A stretch of 64,000 nt of DNA from the human T2T-CHM13v2.0 reference genome, Homo sapiens. The number at the start of each line of letters is the position of its first letter. Within the stretch, counting starts at the first letter, position 1. The translations under genes were made by a program, and so were the position numbers. The DNA lies in assembly GCF_009914755.1 (NCBI RefSeq), contig NC_060934.1; one strand, 5' to 3'. Of the stretch, positions 1 to 15,605 are shown piece after piece. The notes beneath the pieces are model-generated. The model ran no database searches. It had not been told where the DNA came from and worked only from the letters and a program-made list of their open reading frames with translations.

Positions 1-694
1 CGTGATTATTCCTGCTTGCAATCTATAGAAGTTCATATATAAATGTTGAAACTCCAAAGGAATTATTCTCTGATCCATAAGCTAAGAAATACTTTTTATT
101 TGAGACCTCAAAAGGAGAAGATAACATATATAAAAACAAAAGATATGAATGATGTTTGCATTAATTTGCTCAAGATATAAATTATAAGATGTTCCTTTTT
201 AACCCTCCTTTTATCAAAGTTATCACCAGTGTATTTGTTCAGGAGTCAATGTCATCTGTATCTTATCAAACTGTGAAAAGTTTCCGTATGGCAAGTTAGA
301 GAGTTAATATTCAGGAATGTCATACAGCACAGTCTTTGCCGATATTCTTCATATATTAAAAAATGACTTCATAGACTTCTTTGATGACTCTGATTAAGTT
401 GTTTTTAGTCTGTCAAACTGATATAAAAACTTACCACCATCTTGAAATGATCAAAAATTGAGTACTCAACTATGTGTAATCGGAGCACGCCACTGAAAAA
501 TCAAACTCTTTGTGAATGAATACAGTTTAAAAAATAATATTTGGGAAGTTGTGCATGAATATTTTTGAAAATTGAGGCAAACTTGTGGATAGAGTACTCA
601 GTACTTTTTCCAGTGGTCTAATTTTTGAAAGTTTTTATAGGGATAACATGTCAAGTACGTTTCTACCTTTACCAACGTGTCCTAGTACTATTCC

Positions 695-999
<305 letters not shown>

Positions 1000-1185
1000 A
1001 CACTATTCCTTTTTATTTGTAAATTGTGATATTCACATTAGTTATTGGTGATGGGTAAACAGAATGACAATATCTATTAGAATAAATAAGAAACAATTAG
1101 AACAGTACAGTACTGAGACAACTAGATCAATCAATATATTCCAAAAGACAATATTTGGAGTGTCATGATGAGAAAAAAGCCATTT

Positions 1186-1326
1186 AATTTTCTTTTAATT
1201 AAAATTTTTGTAGAGACAGGGTCTCACTATGTTGCCTAGGCTGGTCTCAAACTCCTGGCCTCAAGGGATCCTCAATCCTGGGCTCTCAAACTGTTGGGAT
1301 TACAGGCATGAACCATGCATCTGGCT
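1186..1326 (-). mobile_element. Alu monomer (FLAM/AluJ left arm)
   Basis: Single reverse left arm ending ...catctggct. Confidence 0.85.
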
Positions 1327-1328
1327 GA

Positions 1329-1895
<567 letters not shown>

Positions 1896-1943
1896 TGATA
1901 ATGGAATGAACTTTCTACTTTTACCTGGATATGCCAAGCACTT

Positions 1944-2065
1944 TTATTATCATCCTCATTTTGCAGATAAGAAAACTGAGGCACAGAGTGGTTAAGTATC
2001 TTCTGCAAGGCCACACACACAGTGGTGGGCCTGGGATCTGGGTTTAGGAAAGTGATCCCAGAACC
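1944..2065 (-). mobile_element. MIR
   Basis: Reverse MIR core cattttgcagataagaaaactgaggcacagagtggttaag. Confidence 0.85.
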
Positions 2066-3185
2066 CCCCTCCTTTGTTTTTAACCACCATGTAATTCCAT
2101 ATGCCCTAAGAATAGGTTAACTTCAGGTTCACATTTCAAGGTTTAACTCATGATGAACTTTCTTACATTTTCCTGGGGAAAAAGAAACAGTTACGTCAGT
2201 TGAACCTAATATCTTGTTTGATGCCTCTCTCCTCTGTGTATGTGTTCTCGTTACATCCATTCATCCATCCTTAGCAATTGGCTTATTGGTTTGTTTTCCC
2301 TTCTGGGCTAGAAGTCGATTAGGACAGGGATTGTGTTTCATGCTTCACTATACCCCTTAGCATGAAGCGTGCACATAGTACGTTCTAAATTAGTAGTTGC
2401 TGAATAAATTAATGCATTTATTTCCCTTCCTAGCTGTGCATGAAGAAGAATAACCTTAGAAGCTACTGCCTTATCTAGATTTGGGGTTGGTTTTAGATAG
2501 TATTTGAATATTTGCCAATGAGAATCTGGCCAGATCAAGAAAAACAGGGTATTCTAGAAAGTCAGATGCCCTACATACAATACCCTGACTCATTGTCCTA
2601 TCTGTATAATCTGAAAATACTAAGAGGTTATATACCATGATCCTCAAACTAAAATTCTGCAGTTAGGCAATACATGGCTCTAGCCATGATCTTGTACCTA
2701 ATTAGGGGGTGTGGAGAAAACCGAACCAAACCAAACCAAACCAACAAAAAACCCAAAAGCTTGTTCTTTTTCTAGCTGCTTAGAGCAAGGTTCTATTTGT
2801 AAGTTGAAGTTCTTGAACTTCTCACCATGGTATGCAAAATTTGGTTATATGTGAAAGTGAGTGCATCTCCTGGGAAAAAGTCCTGGCTTTCCCCAGTGGC
2901 TCAAAGTCTGTGGCACATAAAGTGTTAAGAAACAGTGTTTGGGGAAGCTGTGTAATCTGGTAGAAATAACTACATCTTCTTCTGTGCTGCACTATCAAAG
3001 CATCTATCTCAGAGCCCCAGCCAGCCGTTTACTTCCCTCCCTTTCTGCCACAAAAGGTCTTTGAGAAAATAGAATGTTTTAATTCATTTTTTGTGTCCTA
3101 ACAGCACTAAGCCTAAGCCTGGTAAATTGAAGCATCTCAATAAGTCAGAAAAAAGGAATGGCCTTTACAGTACAGACGTTTCAGT

Positions 3186-3215
3186 TTTCTGGAATCTTCT
3201 AGAATCTTCTAGAAT
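3186..3215. promoter_or_regulatory. Perfect six-unit heat-shock element motif
   Basis: tTTCtgGAAtcTTCtaGAAtcTTCtaGAAt, six alternating nTTCn/nGAAn pentamers; function untested. Confidence 0.6.
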
Positions 3216-3544
3216 AGACTAATCCTTTATTATCATGTATCTCACTTTCTTTGCTTCACATTTTAACTATGAAAAAAAAAAGACCATTGAACTTTAACTG
3301 TGAAAAGAAAAAGACCATTATTTTTCTGACCAACTGGTTTGGTCAATGGTAGGAAGAATGTGTCTTTAGAGCATTGTTTGTGGCTCAAGTCTTTTGAGGT
3401 CCTTTGAGAATATTTCTCTAAAATTCCTTAAACTTCATTTTTTGCTGGGTGCTCTTATGGATGCTTCTGGGAAAAAAAACAAAACTGTTACTGGAAACTC
3501 ACAAGGCTAGAAAGAATTTGAGCCTCATGAACAGGACAGCTAGC

Positions 3545-3710
3545 ATTGGTCAGGAAAACAAGACCTTGGGTCTTAGTAGAAGTGCAGTTATTAACTCAAA
3601 GGTGATCTAAGGCATGTCATTCATCCCTGAGGACCTCTATTTCATCCATCTGTAAAGTGAGAATACTGGTTTAGATGAACTTTAAATACTCTTTTGGCTC
3701 TCACAATCTA
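3545..3710 (+). mobile_element. MIR (MIR3/MIRc-like)
   Basis: Diverged core ctctatttcatccatctgtaaagtgag. Confidence 0.6.
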
Positions 3711-3799
3711 TAAATCTTTAACCTGGTTCATTTCCACTCTTGAGCAGGGACAGAACAGTTTAGCCTGACCGTCTAATAGAAGCAATCTCTTTGGATTAA

Positions 3800-4270
3800 A
3801 GTATCTGTACTGGATTTCTCTGCATGCACCTCATATCCATTTTCATGGTTTTTCACCTTATTCTTTGTCCCCAGAGGCTGATCTTTAAAGATTGCATCAC
3901 TAAGTTCCCTTACCCTCTGGCTTTCAGTTAGGTTTAACCCTTGGGAGACACCAGCAGGAGATGAGAAGGTGAGAGGGAGAGAGAGAGAGGTCAAGGTTTC
4001 CACTACCTTCCGTTGTCTCCACTGGAGCCTTCTGGGGGAAGGGGCTGCACTTCTCTATTCCTTTTCACAATTCCTACCAGGGGTCCTCAGCTGTAACGAC
4101 AGCTCTGAGAATTGCTGCTGCTCTTCTCTTTAGGTCCAGGGGTGACATTGGCTTCCTGCTGTTGCTACTCTTGTGGGGCTTTCCCGTCTCTTGTGGTTGG
4201 TTTGTCTCCATCCTGCCCCCATCTTTGTAAAGAAGTCATTCATTAAACTCTCTTTCACCATTTTCCATTT
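3800..4270 (+). mobile_element. ERVL LTR (LTR33-like)
   Basis: 3' part cctgcccccatctttgtaaagaagtcattcattaaactctc resembles LTR33. Confidence 0.5.
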
Positions 4271-4336
4271 GAGGAATGAGGTAGGCTACATCTACACACT
4301 TGGCAGAAGAGTGGTTCTGAGAAATTTTCCAGCTGC

Positions 4337-4390
4337 AATTTTTTATGAAATTGATTAGATATTAAATTTTTATGAAATTAATTAGATATT
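4337..4390. repeat. 27-bp tandem duplication
   Basis: aattttttatgaaattgattagatatt / aaatttttatgaaattaattagatatt. Confidence 0.9.
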
Positions 4391-4402
4391 CAACAAACAG
4401 GA

Positions 4403-4623
4403 TTTTTTTTATTTGTGAAAAAAATATAAGGGTATATTGTGGAGTGGTGAAATTAGGGTTTTTAGTGTAATCATCCCCGAATGATGTACTCTGTACCCAT
4501 AAATTAATTTCTCATCCTACACCCCCTCTCCCATCCTCCCACACTTCCTTCACACTCTACCTCCATGTGTACACATTATTTTAGCTTTCACTTATAAGTG
4601 AGAACGTGTGGTATTTGACTTTC
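4403..4623 (-). mobile_element. L1 3' end (L1PB/L1MA-like)
   Basis: cacttataagtgagaacgtgtggtatttgactttc; degenerate TSD aacagga(a)ttt. Confidence 0.85.
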
Positions 4624-4872
4624 AATGAACAGGAATTTATTAAACACTTTGATAAAAGTGGACCTGCATAGCCACCTGATAAAAACTATCTACACTTTTG
4701 AAATCGACCATTATGTCGCAGGATAAACAGCCAATGTTGACTAATGTTTCAATCTTTTTTAAGCATGGCCATGAAAATGGTTTCTAGATTCATTGGCAGG
4801 TCCTGCGGAAGTCAGGGTTGAAGACATCTCTGCTCGTAAAAGTACACCTTAGTTTGTGTACACTAAGTTTAA

Positions 4873-5178
<306 letters not shown>

Positions 5179-5429
5179 TGACAAGTGGCATCATTAAAAA
5201 ATAGACTCTTGGCATGTTAAGGGCAAATTTTCTCCAAAAAGAAATCTGGTGAAACCCATCCTAGTAGAACTATATGTCCTGCGGAAGAAGTTGGAAGAAA
5301 AATGATGCTGAGAGAAGATTCTGAGAATGTAGAAACATAGCACATTGAGATCTCTTATGAAGTCAGAGTGAATGCAGAATTGGTCATCAGTTCTCCGAAA
5401 GACTAAGAGAAAGCTAGTAGACTTGCTGA

Positions 5430-5690
5430 TAAATTAGGATTTGAGTAAGTCTTAAAGGTGGGATAAAAATTCACAAGTGAAGTAGGGGAGGAAAAAAAGG
5501 CTTTCAAAGCAAAAGGAGAAGCACAAGGAAAGCGACTGAGGAATCACTTAGTCCATTCAGAGTGAGCAAGGAGAAAGATTTTGTTAGAGAGTACAAGGTA
5601 GAGATACAGCTGGAGAACAGATCAGAAAGGTCTGTCTATGCTATGCCAAGGACTTTGTGCTTCATCCTATAAACTGGGAGTGAGTTCCTT
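5430..5690 (-). mobile_element. L2 fragment
   Basis: Purine-rich L2-like text; similar pieces at about 8160-8370 and 10300-10990. Confidence 0.55.
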
Positions 5691-5824
5691 TTAGGAGTAA
5701 AGTTTTACTCCCAAAGGGATATGTTTAATTTCTAGCTCCTGGTGCTTGAAAATTTGATCTTATTTGGAAATAAAGTCTTTGCAGATGTAATCAAGTTAGG
5801 ATGAGGTTGTTAGAGTAAGCTCTA

Positions 5825-6167
<343 letters not shown>

Positions 6168-6351
6168 TCGCCCCTAATCATTTATTCACGAGTCTGTCCA
6201 AGCCAATTTGGTAATCCATCCTACAGTTGCTAACAAGAGGATCGAGGGGATGACAAGCAGGGAGCAAAGGTAATAAAGTCAGTGAGTATGTAGTCACCAG
6301 GTGGATGTCACAAGGCCAGCCCTCAATGCTTGGTTGTTGATATTAATATTG

Positions 6352-6479
6352 GGCTGGTTGCAGTGGCTCACACCTGTAATCCTAGCACTTTGGGAGGCCA
6401 AGGTGGGCGGCTCATTTGAGGTCAGGTGTTCGAGACCAGCCTGGGCAACATAGCAATACCACAGCTCTACAAAATTAAA
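6352..6479 (+). mobile_element. Alu left arm
   Basis: Ends at A-rich linker ctctacaaaattaaaa. Confidence 0.9.
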
Positions 6480-7011
6480 AAGAAAAAGAAAACTCCAAGT
6501 GAAGACAGAGACAGAGACTGGAATAAGTGATGCAGCCACAAACCAAGGAACTCAAAGGATTGAGGCCACAACTCTAAGGGAGGAAGAAGCAAGGAAGGAT
6601 TCTCCTAAGACTCTCAGGGGTAGCATGGGCCCATTTACACCTTGATGTTGAACTTCTGGCCTCCAGAGCTGGGAGACAGTAAATTTCAATTGCTTTCAGT
6701 TACCTAATTTTTAGTATTTTGTTATGTGTTTACATAAGTACCTGTATGGACAAGGATTGTTGGGTAACTGTATAAAGCGAGCCAAGGGTAAAACAATAGG
6801 AAGTGGAGGCGTTGTGGCAAACTAGAGAACTTGCATTCATCTTCACATTCAAATATTGTCAAAACAGGACCTGCAGCAAACAAAAGATCTGTGGACCAAA
6901 TTAGACCCATCAGCTCCCAAGTGTATGACTTCAACTACACATTGGGAGGAATTCAAGAGTTTTAAGCTAAATGCTGATATTAGTTTTGCATTGAGTAGAA
7001 GAAACACAGAC

Positions 7012-8156
7012 TGTAAGAGGTTTTTGGGTTTTTTTCCCTCTGCTCTCACACCACAGCAATTAACAAAGAAGACTTCTGTAACCAAATGTATGGGGATTTG
7101 TCCCCACCAAGAAGCAAGCAATCAGTTCTGCAGCAGATACCAGTGAGGCACCCTCTAGCCCAATTCAATTCTGATACTGTCTACCTGGAGATAGCATCAG
7201 ATTCCACAGGTTGAGGACTCAGTCCCCACGACTGACCACCTCCTCCAACTTCAGATACCAATCACAAGTCCCAGGTTGTTTTACCTGTGCTTATGACCAA
7301 CCACTATAAATCAGGGATCCCACAACCCCCTCCTCTGGTTCCAGTAATTTGTGAGATCGACTCACAAAACTCAGGGAAATACTTACATTTACTTACATTC
7401 ATTATAAAACGTATTACAAAGGATACGGATGAAGAGATGCATAGGGTGAGGTATGAAGGTAAGGACGTGGAGCATTCATGCCCTACTGGGAGCTCCACCC
7501 TCCAGGAACCTCCACATGTTCAGCTATCAGGAAGCTCTATGAACCCCAGCCTCTTGGATCTATTACATGGACAACCATGTAGAGATATAACTGGATAAAA
7601 GAGTATGATCTCATAGTAATAGACAGAGTGGGGAAACCCAGCCAGGCCTGTCCAGATTCCTCCTGGCCTATCTGTACAGCATTCCTTCCTTTAAGGTATA
7701 GGACAGGACCCCTTCTGAAATGGAGGTCTTATGACCTACAATCAGGCAAAGTAGGTCACAGAATTTCTTTATGGAAGGGTGGGAGAAGATTTGAGTCCTG
7801 TCTTGGGGAGAACAAGAAGCAGGTGAGAGGAAAACAGAAGAAGTTCAGAGTGAGAGATTCTATTTTCTGAGTTGTGCTTCTGAGGCCTAAAGTGCTTCAA
7901 TATTATAACAAAAGACTGTAACAAAGGCTATGGGAGTTAAGAACCAGGAACTGCAGGCTCTTCCTGCAGTAGAAGGAAACACACGCACGCACCCACGTGT
8001 GTGCAATGCAGGTGTGTGCAAGGGGACTTCAAAAGGCTCACAGAAAAATAGAATTAAAAGATTAAAAATAAAATATATAAACTTTATTTCTCAACATAAT
8101 CACTACAAGCTCAAGACACTTTTGTAAGTGATGATGGTGTATATCCTAATATCACA
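7012..8156 (-). mobile_element. MER21A-like LTR
   Basis: tctacctggagatagcatcagattccacaggttgagg; ends ...taatatcaca (reverse of TGTGATATT). Confidence 0.8.
8019..8136 (-). mobile_element. HSMAR2 mariner terminal fragment
   Basis: caaggggacttcaaaa...aactttatttctcaacataa...caagacacttttgtaagtgatgat. Confidence 0.75.
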
Positions 8157-8394
8157 TGCATTGTGGAAAAATTGCTCTGGTGGCAATGAGGAAGATGAGT
8201 TAAAGGAGAGTGAGGAGAGTTAGTAAGGAGAGTTTGGTATTAACCAGGTGAGAGATGATTCAGATGTAGATCAAGACAAGGACAGTGGATACAGAGAGGA
8301 GAGGCAGTAGGATCAACAGCACTTAAGTTTTAAAGAGGAAAGGTTGGATTGGGAAGGGGCACTGAATAGGCAGTAGCAAGAATGAATTATCTCC

Positions 8395-9900
8395 TGTCAT
8401 GACTATGCTGTGTAACAAACCACCTTGAAACTCAGTCTGAAATAACTACTTATTCTTATGGACCCAAGGTTGGGTATGGCTTGGCTGATTCAGGCTGGGC
8501 TTAGCTGGGTGGATCTGCTTCAGGCCATGCAGCTGTGCTTCTCACTGAAGGTCTCTGGTCTGGATGAAATAGTGCTGCTCCTTGCATCCCTCATCCTTCT
8601 GAAACTAGTGAGCTACAGAGGACACATACTTCTGATTGCAGTGACAGAGGGGCAAGAGGCAAACAGAAACACACAAAGCCCTAATGACTGGGCTCAGAGT
8701 GGGCACATTGTCTGTTCCACCCATTTGCATTGGCCAAAGAAAGCTATGTAAATACGTCCAAAGTCAAGGGGCAAGGAAGTGCATACCTCCCATAAGGAAT
8801 CTACAACAGTGCTGTGGATGCAGGAAGGCTGGAGAATTGAGGCCAGTAATGCCATTTGCAATAGTCTGCCCTCTGGCCACCATTAATAACATCCCTCTCA
8901 TATGCAAAATGTACTCACCAGCATCCCAGAACCCCGAAAATCTCACCAAATCATGGCATGAGGCACAAAGTCCAAGATTCCATCATCTATATCAAGTCCA
9001 AATGTGGCTTTTCTGAACTTAGAGTTATATGAATTAGATAGACACGTTGTCTTCTGCATACATGTCCTGTGAAAACAGGGACAAGATAAACACAACAAAC
9101 ACACTCATCAGAAAAGGGAAGAAGGGAAGGCACATAGCACTGACTTGTAGCAGTTTTGAAATCTCACTTAGAAAGTGTTGCCAGGGCTTCCTGCTCTCAG
9201 TCAGGAATGTTCCCTGATGAGACCAAGCTCTGCTTCCTTCCTCTTCCTTTGGTAGTCATGGCTCTTGGTTCCCCATTCTAGGATGCCTTTTCATTTCCAT
9301 CATCTTTCTTGACCATTTTGGAAGAGAGCATTAGAAACGTCCTGTTTTGGTGGCTGAGCTGTTTTTTAAGACTACCATCTTTTCCAGAGAAGGTGAGAGA
9401 CTTTAATTTGGATAAGTCTTGGTCCCTTTTTAATCCTTTAGCTCTTTCCTTTAGATCTTTATTCATATATAGCTAAATGTAACCATTTCATAATTTTAAC
9501 ACTTCAAAAAATTACCTTGCCCAAGTCCATAAATTCATTAAGTACCCTGTGTATCTTCCAAGTTATCATAGGTTTTACCAATTTTTTTTTTACCATCGCA
9601 TACAATAGGTCAGCATTGTTTCAGCCCTTTATAATACTTTGATAACCATCTTCCAGATGCCTATAATAACTTCTTCACCTTTTGCCACCCAGTCCTAAAG
9701 CCAATACTACATATGTCAAGTTTTACTTATGGAAGGACTCCACTCCCAGACTAAATTTCTGCTTTGGTTAGCTATTGCTGCAAAAATGTCACTCCAAAAC
9801 TCAGGGACTTAAAACAACACGCTTTTATCCCCATGGATCTGAGAGTTGTCTGGCAAAGGGTTGATCAGGCAGTGCTGGGCTGGACACAGTGAGGCCATGG
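8395..9900 (-). mobile_element. Old MLT1 element (LTR, internal remnant, second LTR piece)
   Basis: Two MLT1 LTR termini (about 8400 and 9765) flanking MLT-int-like sequence. Confidence 0.6.
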
Positions 9901-10002
9901 CTAAGATGCAGAGGCAGAATGCCTACTGCTCACCATGGTTTATAAAAAGGGGAAGAGCAGAGCTGAAGGGAAAGGTAAGGAGCTCAGCTTTGGAGACAAT
10001 GA

Positions 10003-10293
<291 letters not shown>

Positions 10294-11009
10294 AAGACAT
10301 TGATTTTATGATGCTAGTGGAACAATCAGGTGAAGAAATGGAGCATAAGAGAACTGTCTTGGGGAGAGAGAGAGGGAGAAAGAGAGACTAGAGGGTCATA
10401 AGATTGTACATTGGGGCTAAGGATGCGGGAATAGATGATCTTTTAAGATGATTACATAAAGTGACAAGAGGCTATAATATAACGTTTTAGGGTCACCAAC
10501 ATTTAAGAGGCTTGGAAAGGAAGAGAAGCTCACAAAAAGAACCTAGATGGAACAGAGATATGGGAGAGACACTGTGGAAGCCAAAGGAGAAGAGTTCTAT
10601 TATTGTGGGATTGAATAACAGTGCCAGTTGCTGCAGTGATCAAGCAATATGGAAACGGGAAAGAGTCTTTGGGACTTGGCAATTGGTAGAGAGATCAATT
10701 AATTTATCTGCAAACTAGGACACATTTGAGAGTGAACAGAGAGGGGCTATTAATAATTACAGCAGGACAACATGTGTTCGTGGGCAAACAAGGACATATG
10801 GTCACATTAGTCTCTGGGGATCTTTGCCAGACTGTTTCTACAGAGTAACTGCAGTGTAAGCTTGGCTTGCAGTGGGCAGAGGTGTCATATGGAACATGAA
10901 GGAGTTGAGACAGCTGGAGTATATTTCTTTCTAGGAGCCTGCTTGGATGAGGAAGTGGGACAAGAGTACAGTAACAAGACCACAGGCCTGGACAGATGTT
11001 TGAATCACC

Positions 11010-11331
<322 letters not shown>

Positions 11332-11445
11332 TTAAACAGCTTTTAAGTGTAACCAAATTCAACTGACTGTGAGATTTTTTTTCCAGAGGATTTAGAAAGT
11401 AGAACCTGCTAGTAAGACCTAGTAAGACCACCCCCTCCCCCACTC

Positions 11446-11448
<3 letters not shown>

Positions 11449-11494
<46 letters not shown>
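11449..11494. repeat. (AC)17(AT)6 microsatellite
   Basis: Direct read. Confidence 0.95.
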
Positions 11495-12545
11495 GACATT
11501 GGAAAAGGACAATGGGAAAGAATAATCCCATTGGCTCAGGTTGTGGCACCATTTTCAGCAACAGCAAAACCATATTTGTACACACACCTTTGAAATATTC
11601 TGTTGTCAAAGGACCTCAGTAAAATGCACTATGGAAAACTCAAAATAAATATGCTATGATACGACTAAGTCTCAAAGTGTATTGAGAGTATTAGAACACT
11701 CGCTGCTTGCAGCATACAGCCTCTTCATTCTCTGACCTTGCTAACTTCCCTTCCAAGCCTTCCCTCCTCCACCACACCCAATCTACTGTTAAAAAGTATT
11801 CTGAAACCAGACTGATGGCACAAGTCCCAGCTTCAGCAACCCTCTTTGTTAACGGTATCTGTTGGCTCAGGAGTTCATGTGACCAGGCATCAGGAATAAT
11901 TTCATGATAATCTAGGTTGAGTTTTCTCTTTCCCATCAATGCCAGAGAGTGAGAATGCCAGTCCCACTGATTTCAGGAGCCGGCACAGGACACAGGTCTG
12001 GGCTTTATCTCAGTAGTCAAGTTTCTTTTATTGGATTGCCTATGGGGGAAATCTCAGCTCTCAGGCATCACAATGAATGATTCTGAGAGCTTTTACTTGA
12101 TCTCTAAACTTATCTGCGTATTTATGCAGATTTTGGTTCTTTTTTAAACAACCCTTTCAATTCACTAGTGACTAACAGAATAGCAATACATTTTGGCTAG
12201 GCAGAACGTGAGAAGTGAAGTTACATTTGAAAAAGAGTCTTTTCTTTTAGGACATAAAAGATAACTCTCTCAACAACTGGCAATCGTGAAACCACTTTGC
12301 CAACAACAGGGTCCCAAGGATGAGAGCCAACCTATTTTAAACATGTCTTAATTTCACTGAAATTTCAGGACTGTTTTTTTAAAACATTCAAAAGACAGAG
12401 TTTTAAAGGCAAGCGTATAAAATGTAAATTGCTTCCTCTGGTTATTGCAGAGTGAGGGGTGGTTGTTCCTATTCTTGTTTCTGAATGAGGAGAAAATGCT
12501 CATCAGTTCTGGGTGGGATGCATTAACTGGGACACACTGAATACC

Positions 12546-12770
12546 ACAATGGTTAAGTCAGAGCTGACTTCTAAGTCCTGGCTCCATCTTTTATTAGCTG
12601 TGTGACTTTGGGTAAGTTAATCAACCTTTCTGTGTTTTATTTTTCCTCCAGTATAAATAGAGAGAAATCATAATGGCCACCTCATAGAACTCTGTCGTAA
12701 ATATTTAATGAGGCTGTGTTTGTAAAGCCACCTGGTACAAGACAATTATAACATAAAATAAAAGCTCAGT
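12546..12770 (+). mobile_element. MIR
   Basis: agctgtgtgactttgggtaagttaatcaacct. Confidence 0.8.
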
Positions 12771-12846
12771 AAAAGTAAAATACATGACTATTTCTTTTGT
12801 CATAGATCCGGCCTGAGGAGTCCCAGAAACCAACTTCAAGAAGACC

Positions 12847-13070
12847 ACCAGGAGTTTAATACCAGCCTGGGCAACATGGTGAGACCCTGTCTTTACAAAA
12901 ACATTAAAAAATTAACTAGGTGTGGTGGCGTACACCTGTAGTCCCAGGAGGCTGAGGTGGGAGGATCACCTGAGCCCAGGAGTGTGAGGCTGCAGTGAGC
13001 TATGATTGTGCCGCTGCACTCCAGCCTGGGTGACAGAGCAAGAACTCATCTCAAAACCAAAAACAAAAAA
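12847..13070 (+). mobile_element. Alu, 5'-truncated (AluJ-like)
   Basis: Starts mid left arm. Confidence 0.9.
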
Positions 13071-13616
13071 AGAAGAAGGCTTTAAAAAACCTTAATATGT
13101 GAGAAAAACTATTGCAGGCTCCAAACCTCAGGTCTGAACAATGGGGCATGTGCTCTGTACCCACCAATGATGCTCTCTGCAAATAAATGTTCAAGTTTAG
13201 GGAGCTCCTAGCAATAGTGGGAGAGGGAGCTTAACTCAGAACAGGACTTCTAGCTCCTTCAGCCCGGTGCAGGTCTGGCTTCGAGTAGCATCAGGAATCG
13301 ACTTCTGTGTGTTCCTCACATTGGAACTCTCCAAGTTATTGGTTTGGTTCTCCGTTCACAGCCTTTCAAACTGGCATTTTCCTGAGTTTTAGCTCTACCA
13401 GACCTGTGGACATGGAACCCTGGCCTTCCAGCTCTGTCTTAAAGATGGTCTCATAGTGATATTCACTCCTGGGCTGGCACTCCTTCCTTATGAGAGACCC
13501 TCTGCTACTGATTGGGGGACTGTTTTAGTTGTACAGAGAACAGGGCGTTTTGTCACTAATGACAAAGGACCAAGTGGAATATTATGAGTAAGTTATATAC
13601 AAACTATCCTCTGTAA

Positions 13617-14049
<433 letters not shown>

Positions 14050-14413
14050 TAACTCTTTATTAGGACTTTTAGACTAGGTCAGGGAACTATTTGGATTGTA
14101 AAGGGAAATCCTAGGAGCTTATTTTTAAAAAACAGTCTTAAGTTCATACAGTGAAAAAAAGATTGTGGAAGAACAAAGTGTTCTTTTAAGTTCTGATAGA
14201 AAAAAACACATTATGCTTTGCTGAAGATCCTAAAACGGGGGGGAGATATTGATGATCTATCATCTCTGAGCATGTTTCATGGTGCTTTAAAAAGTCCCTT
14301 TTAAAGTGTGAATGTATATATATCTCCATAGAAACAATTTTATAGGATGCCCTAGAGGTTTTGAACATGTTTATACTTCTTTGCACAGAAATTCTGGTTC
14401 TAAGTTGCTCTCC

Positions 14414-14620
14414 TACAACAAATATTTATTGAGTGCCTACTCAAGAACTCTTGTGAAGAATTTTTCTGGGCAGTTGAGATACATCCAAGAAGAAAGACAC
14501 TTAACACTGTCCTCTCTGAGCTTACATTCTAGCGGGTAGTTACAGATAAGGATGCAGATATTGAAGGAATAAATTACAGAGCACATTTGAGGGATTCGTG
14601 CTAGGGAAAAAGCAATGCAG
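14414..14620 (-). mobile_element. L2 3' end
   Basis: caacaaatatttattgagtgcctact. Confidence 0.75.
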
Positions 14621-14804
14621 GGAGGGGAACCAGGAATGTGGCTCAGCATGGAGCAGGTTACAGCATAAATAGGGATCTATAGCAACATTTTTAATGGCTA
14701 CAAAGAATTTCATTATTTGGAAGCACCATAGTTTATTACCAATTAAATTTATTCCAAATTCATTATTATACATAAAGCTTCAATGAACATCCTTATATGT
14801 CTGC

Positions 14805-14848
<44 letters not shown>
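14805..14848. repeat. (CTAT)11 STR
   Basis: Direct read; degenerate TATC run again at about 15160-15197. Confidence 0.95.
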
Positions 14849-14869
14849 GCCTATTTAGCTATCAATGTA

Positions 14870-15153
14870 TTTTTTTTAAGACAAAGTCTTGCTTTGTTGC
14901 CCAGACTGGAGTGCAGTGGTGCAATCTCAGCTCACTGCAAGCTCAGCCTCCTGGGTTCAAGCTATTCTCCTGCCTCAACCTCCTGAGTAGCTGGGATTAC
15001 ACACCACCACACCCGCCTAATTTTTGTATTTTTAGTAGAGACAGGGTTTCACCATATTGGCCAGGCTGCTCTCGAACTCCTGACCTCAAATGATCCTCCC
15101 GCCTCAGCCTCCCAAAGTATTGGGATTAGAGGCGTGAGCCACTGGACTTAGTC
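14870..15153 (-). mobile_element. Alu
   Basis: Reverse dimer. Confidence 0.95.
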
Positions 15154-15265
15154 TGTCTTTCTATCTATCTATCTATTTATCTATCTATCATCTATCTAAT
15201 ACCTGTCTGGTTGTTTTCTTAGGATAAATTTCTAAAAGTTAAATTACTAAGGCAAATTTTTAACA

Positions 15266-15605
15266 ATTTTATTTATTTATTCTTATTTTTATTTATTTTA
15301 TTTTTATTTTTGAGACAGAGTCTCACTCTGTCACCTAAGCAGGAGTGCAGGGGCATGATCTCAGCTCACTGCAACCTCTGCCTCCCAGGTTCCAGGGATC
15401 CTCCCACCTCAGCCTCCTGAGTAGCTGGGACTACTGGCAAGCCTGCTTCATTTTTTTGTTTTTGTGTTTTTTTTTTTTTTTTTTTTGTAGAGATGGGGTT
15501 TTGCCATGTTGCCCAGGCTGGGCTCGAACTCCTGGGTTCAAGTGATTCTCCTGACTTGGCCTCTCAAAGTGCTGGGACTACAGGCGTCAGCCACCATGCC
15601 AGGTC
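15266..15605 (-). mobile_element. Alu (AluJ-like)
   Basis: Reverse dimer with expanded linker. Confidence 0.95.

Noticed and set aside
1-690. Possible old DNA-transposon or pseudogene remnant
   Set aside because: No frame or family I can support by eye.
6168-6351. Mitochondrial insertion (NUMT) as origin of the unique segment
   Set aside because: No recognisable mtDNA match on either strand.
12806-12878. Exon using a sense-Alu donor
   Set aside because: Acceptor is good but ATG|gtgaga is a generic Alu motif; no further support.
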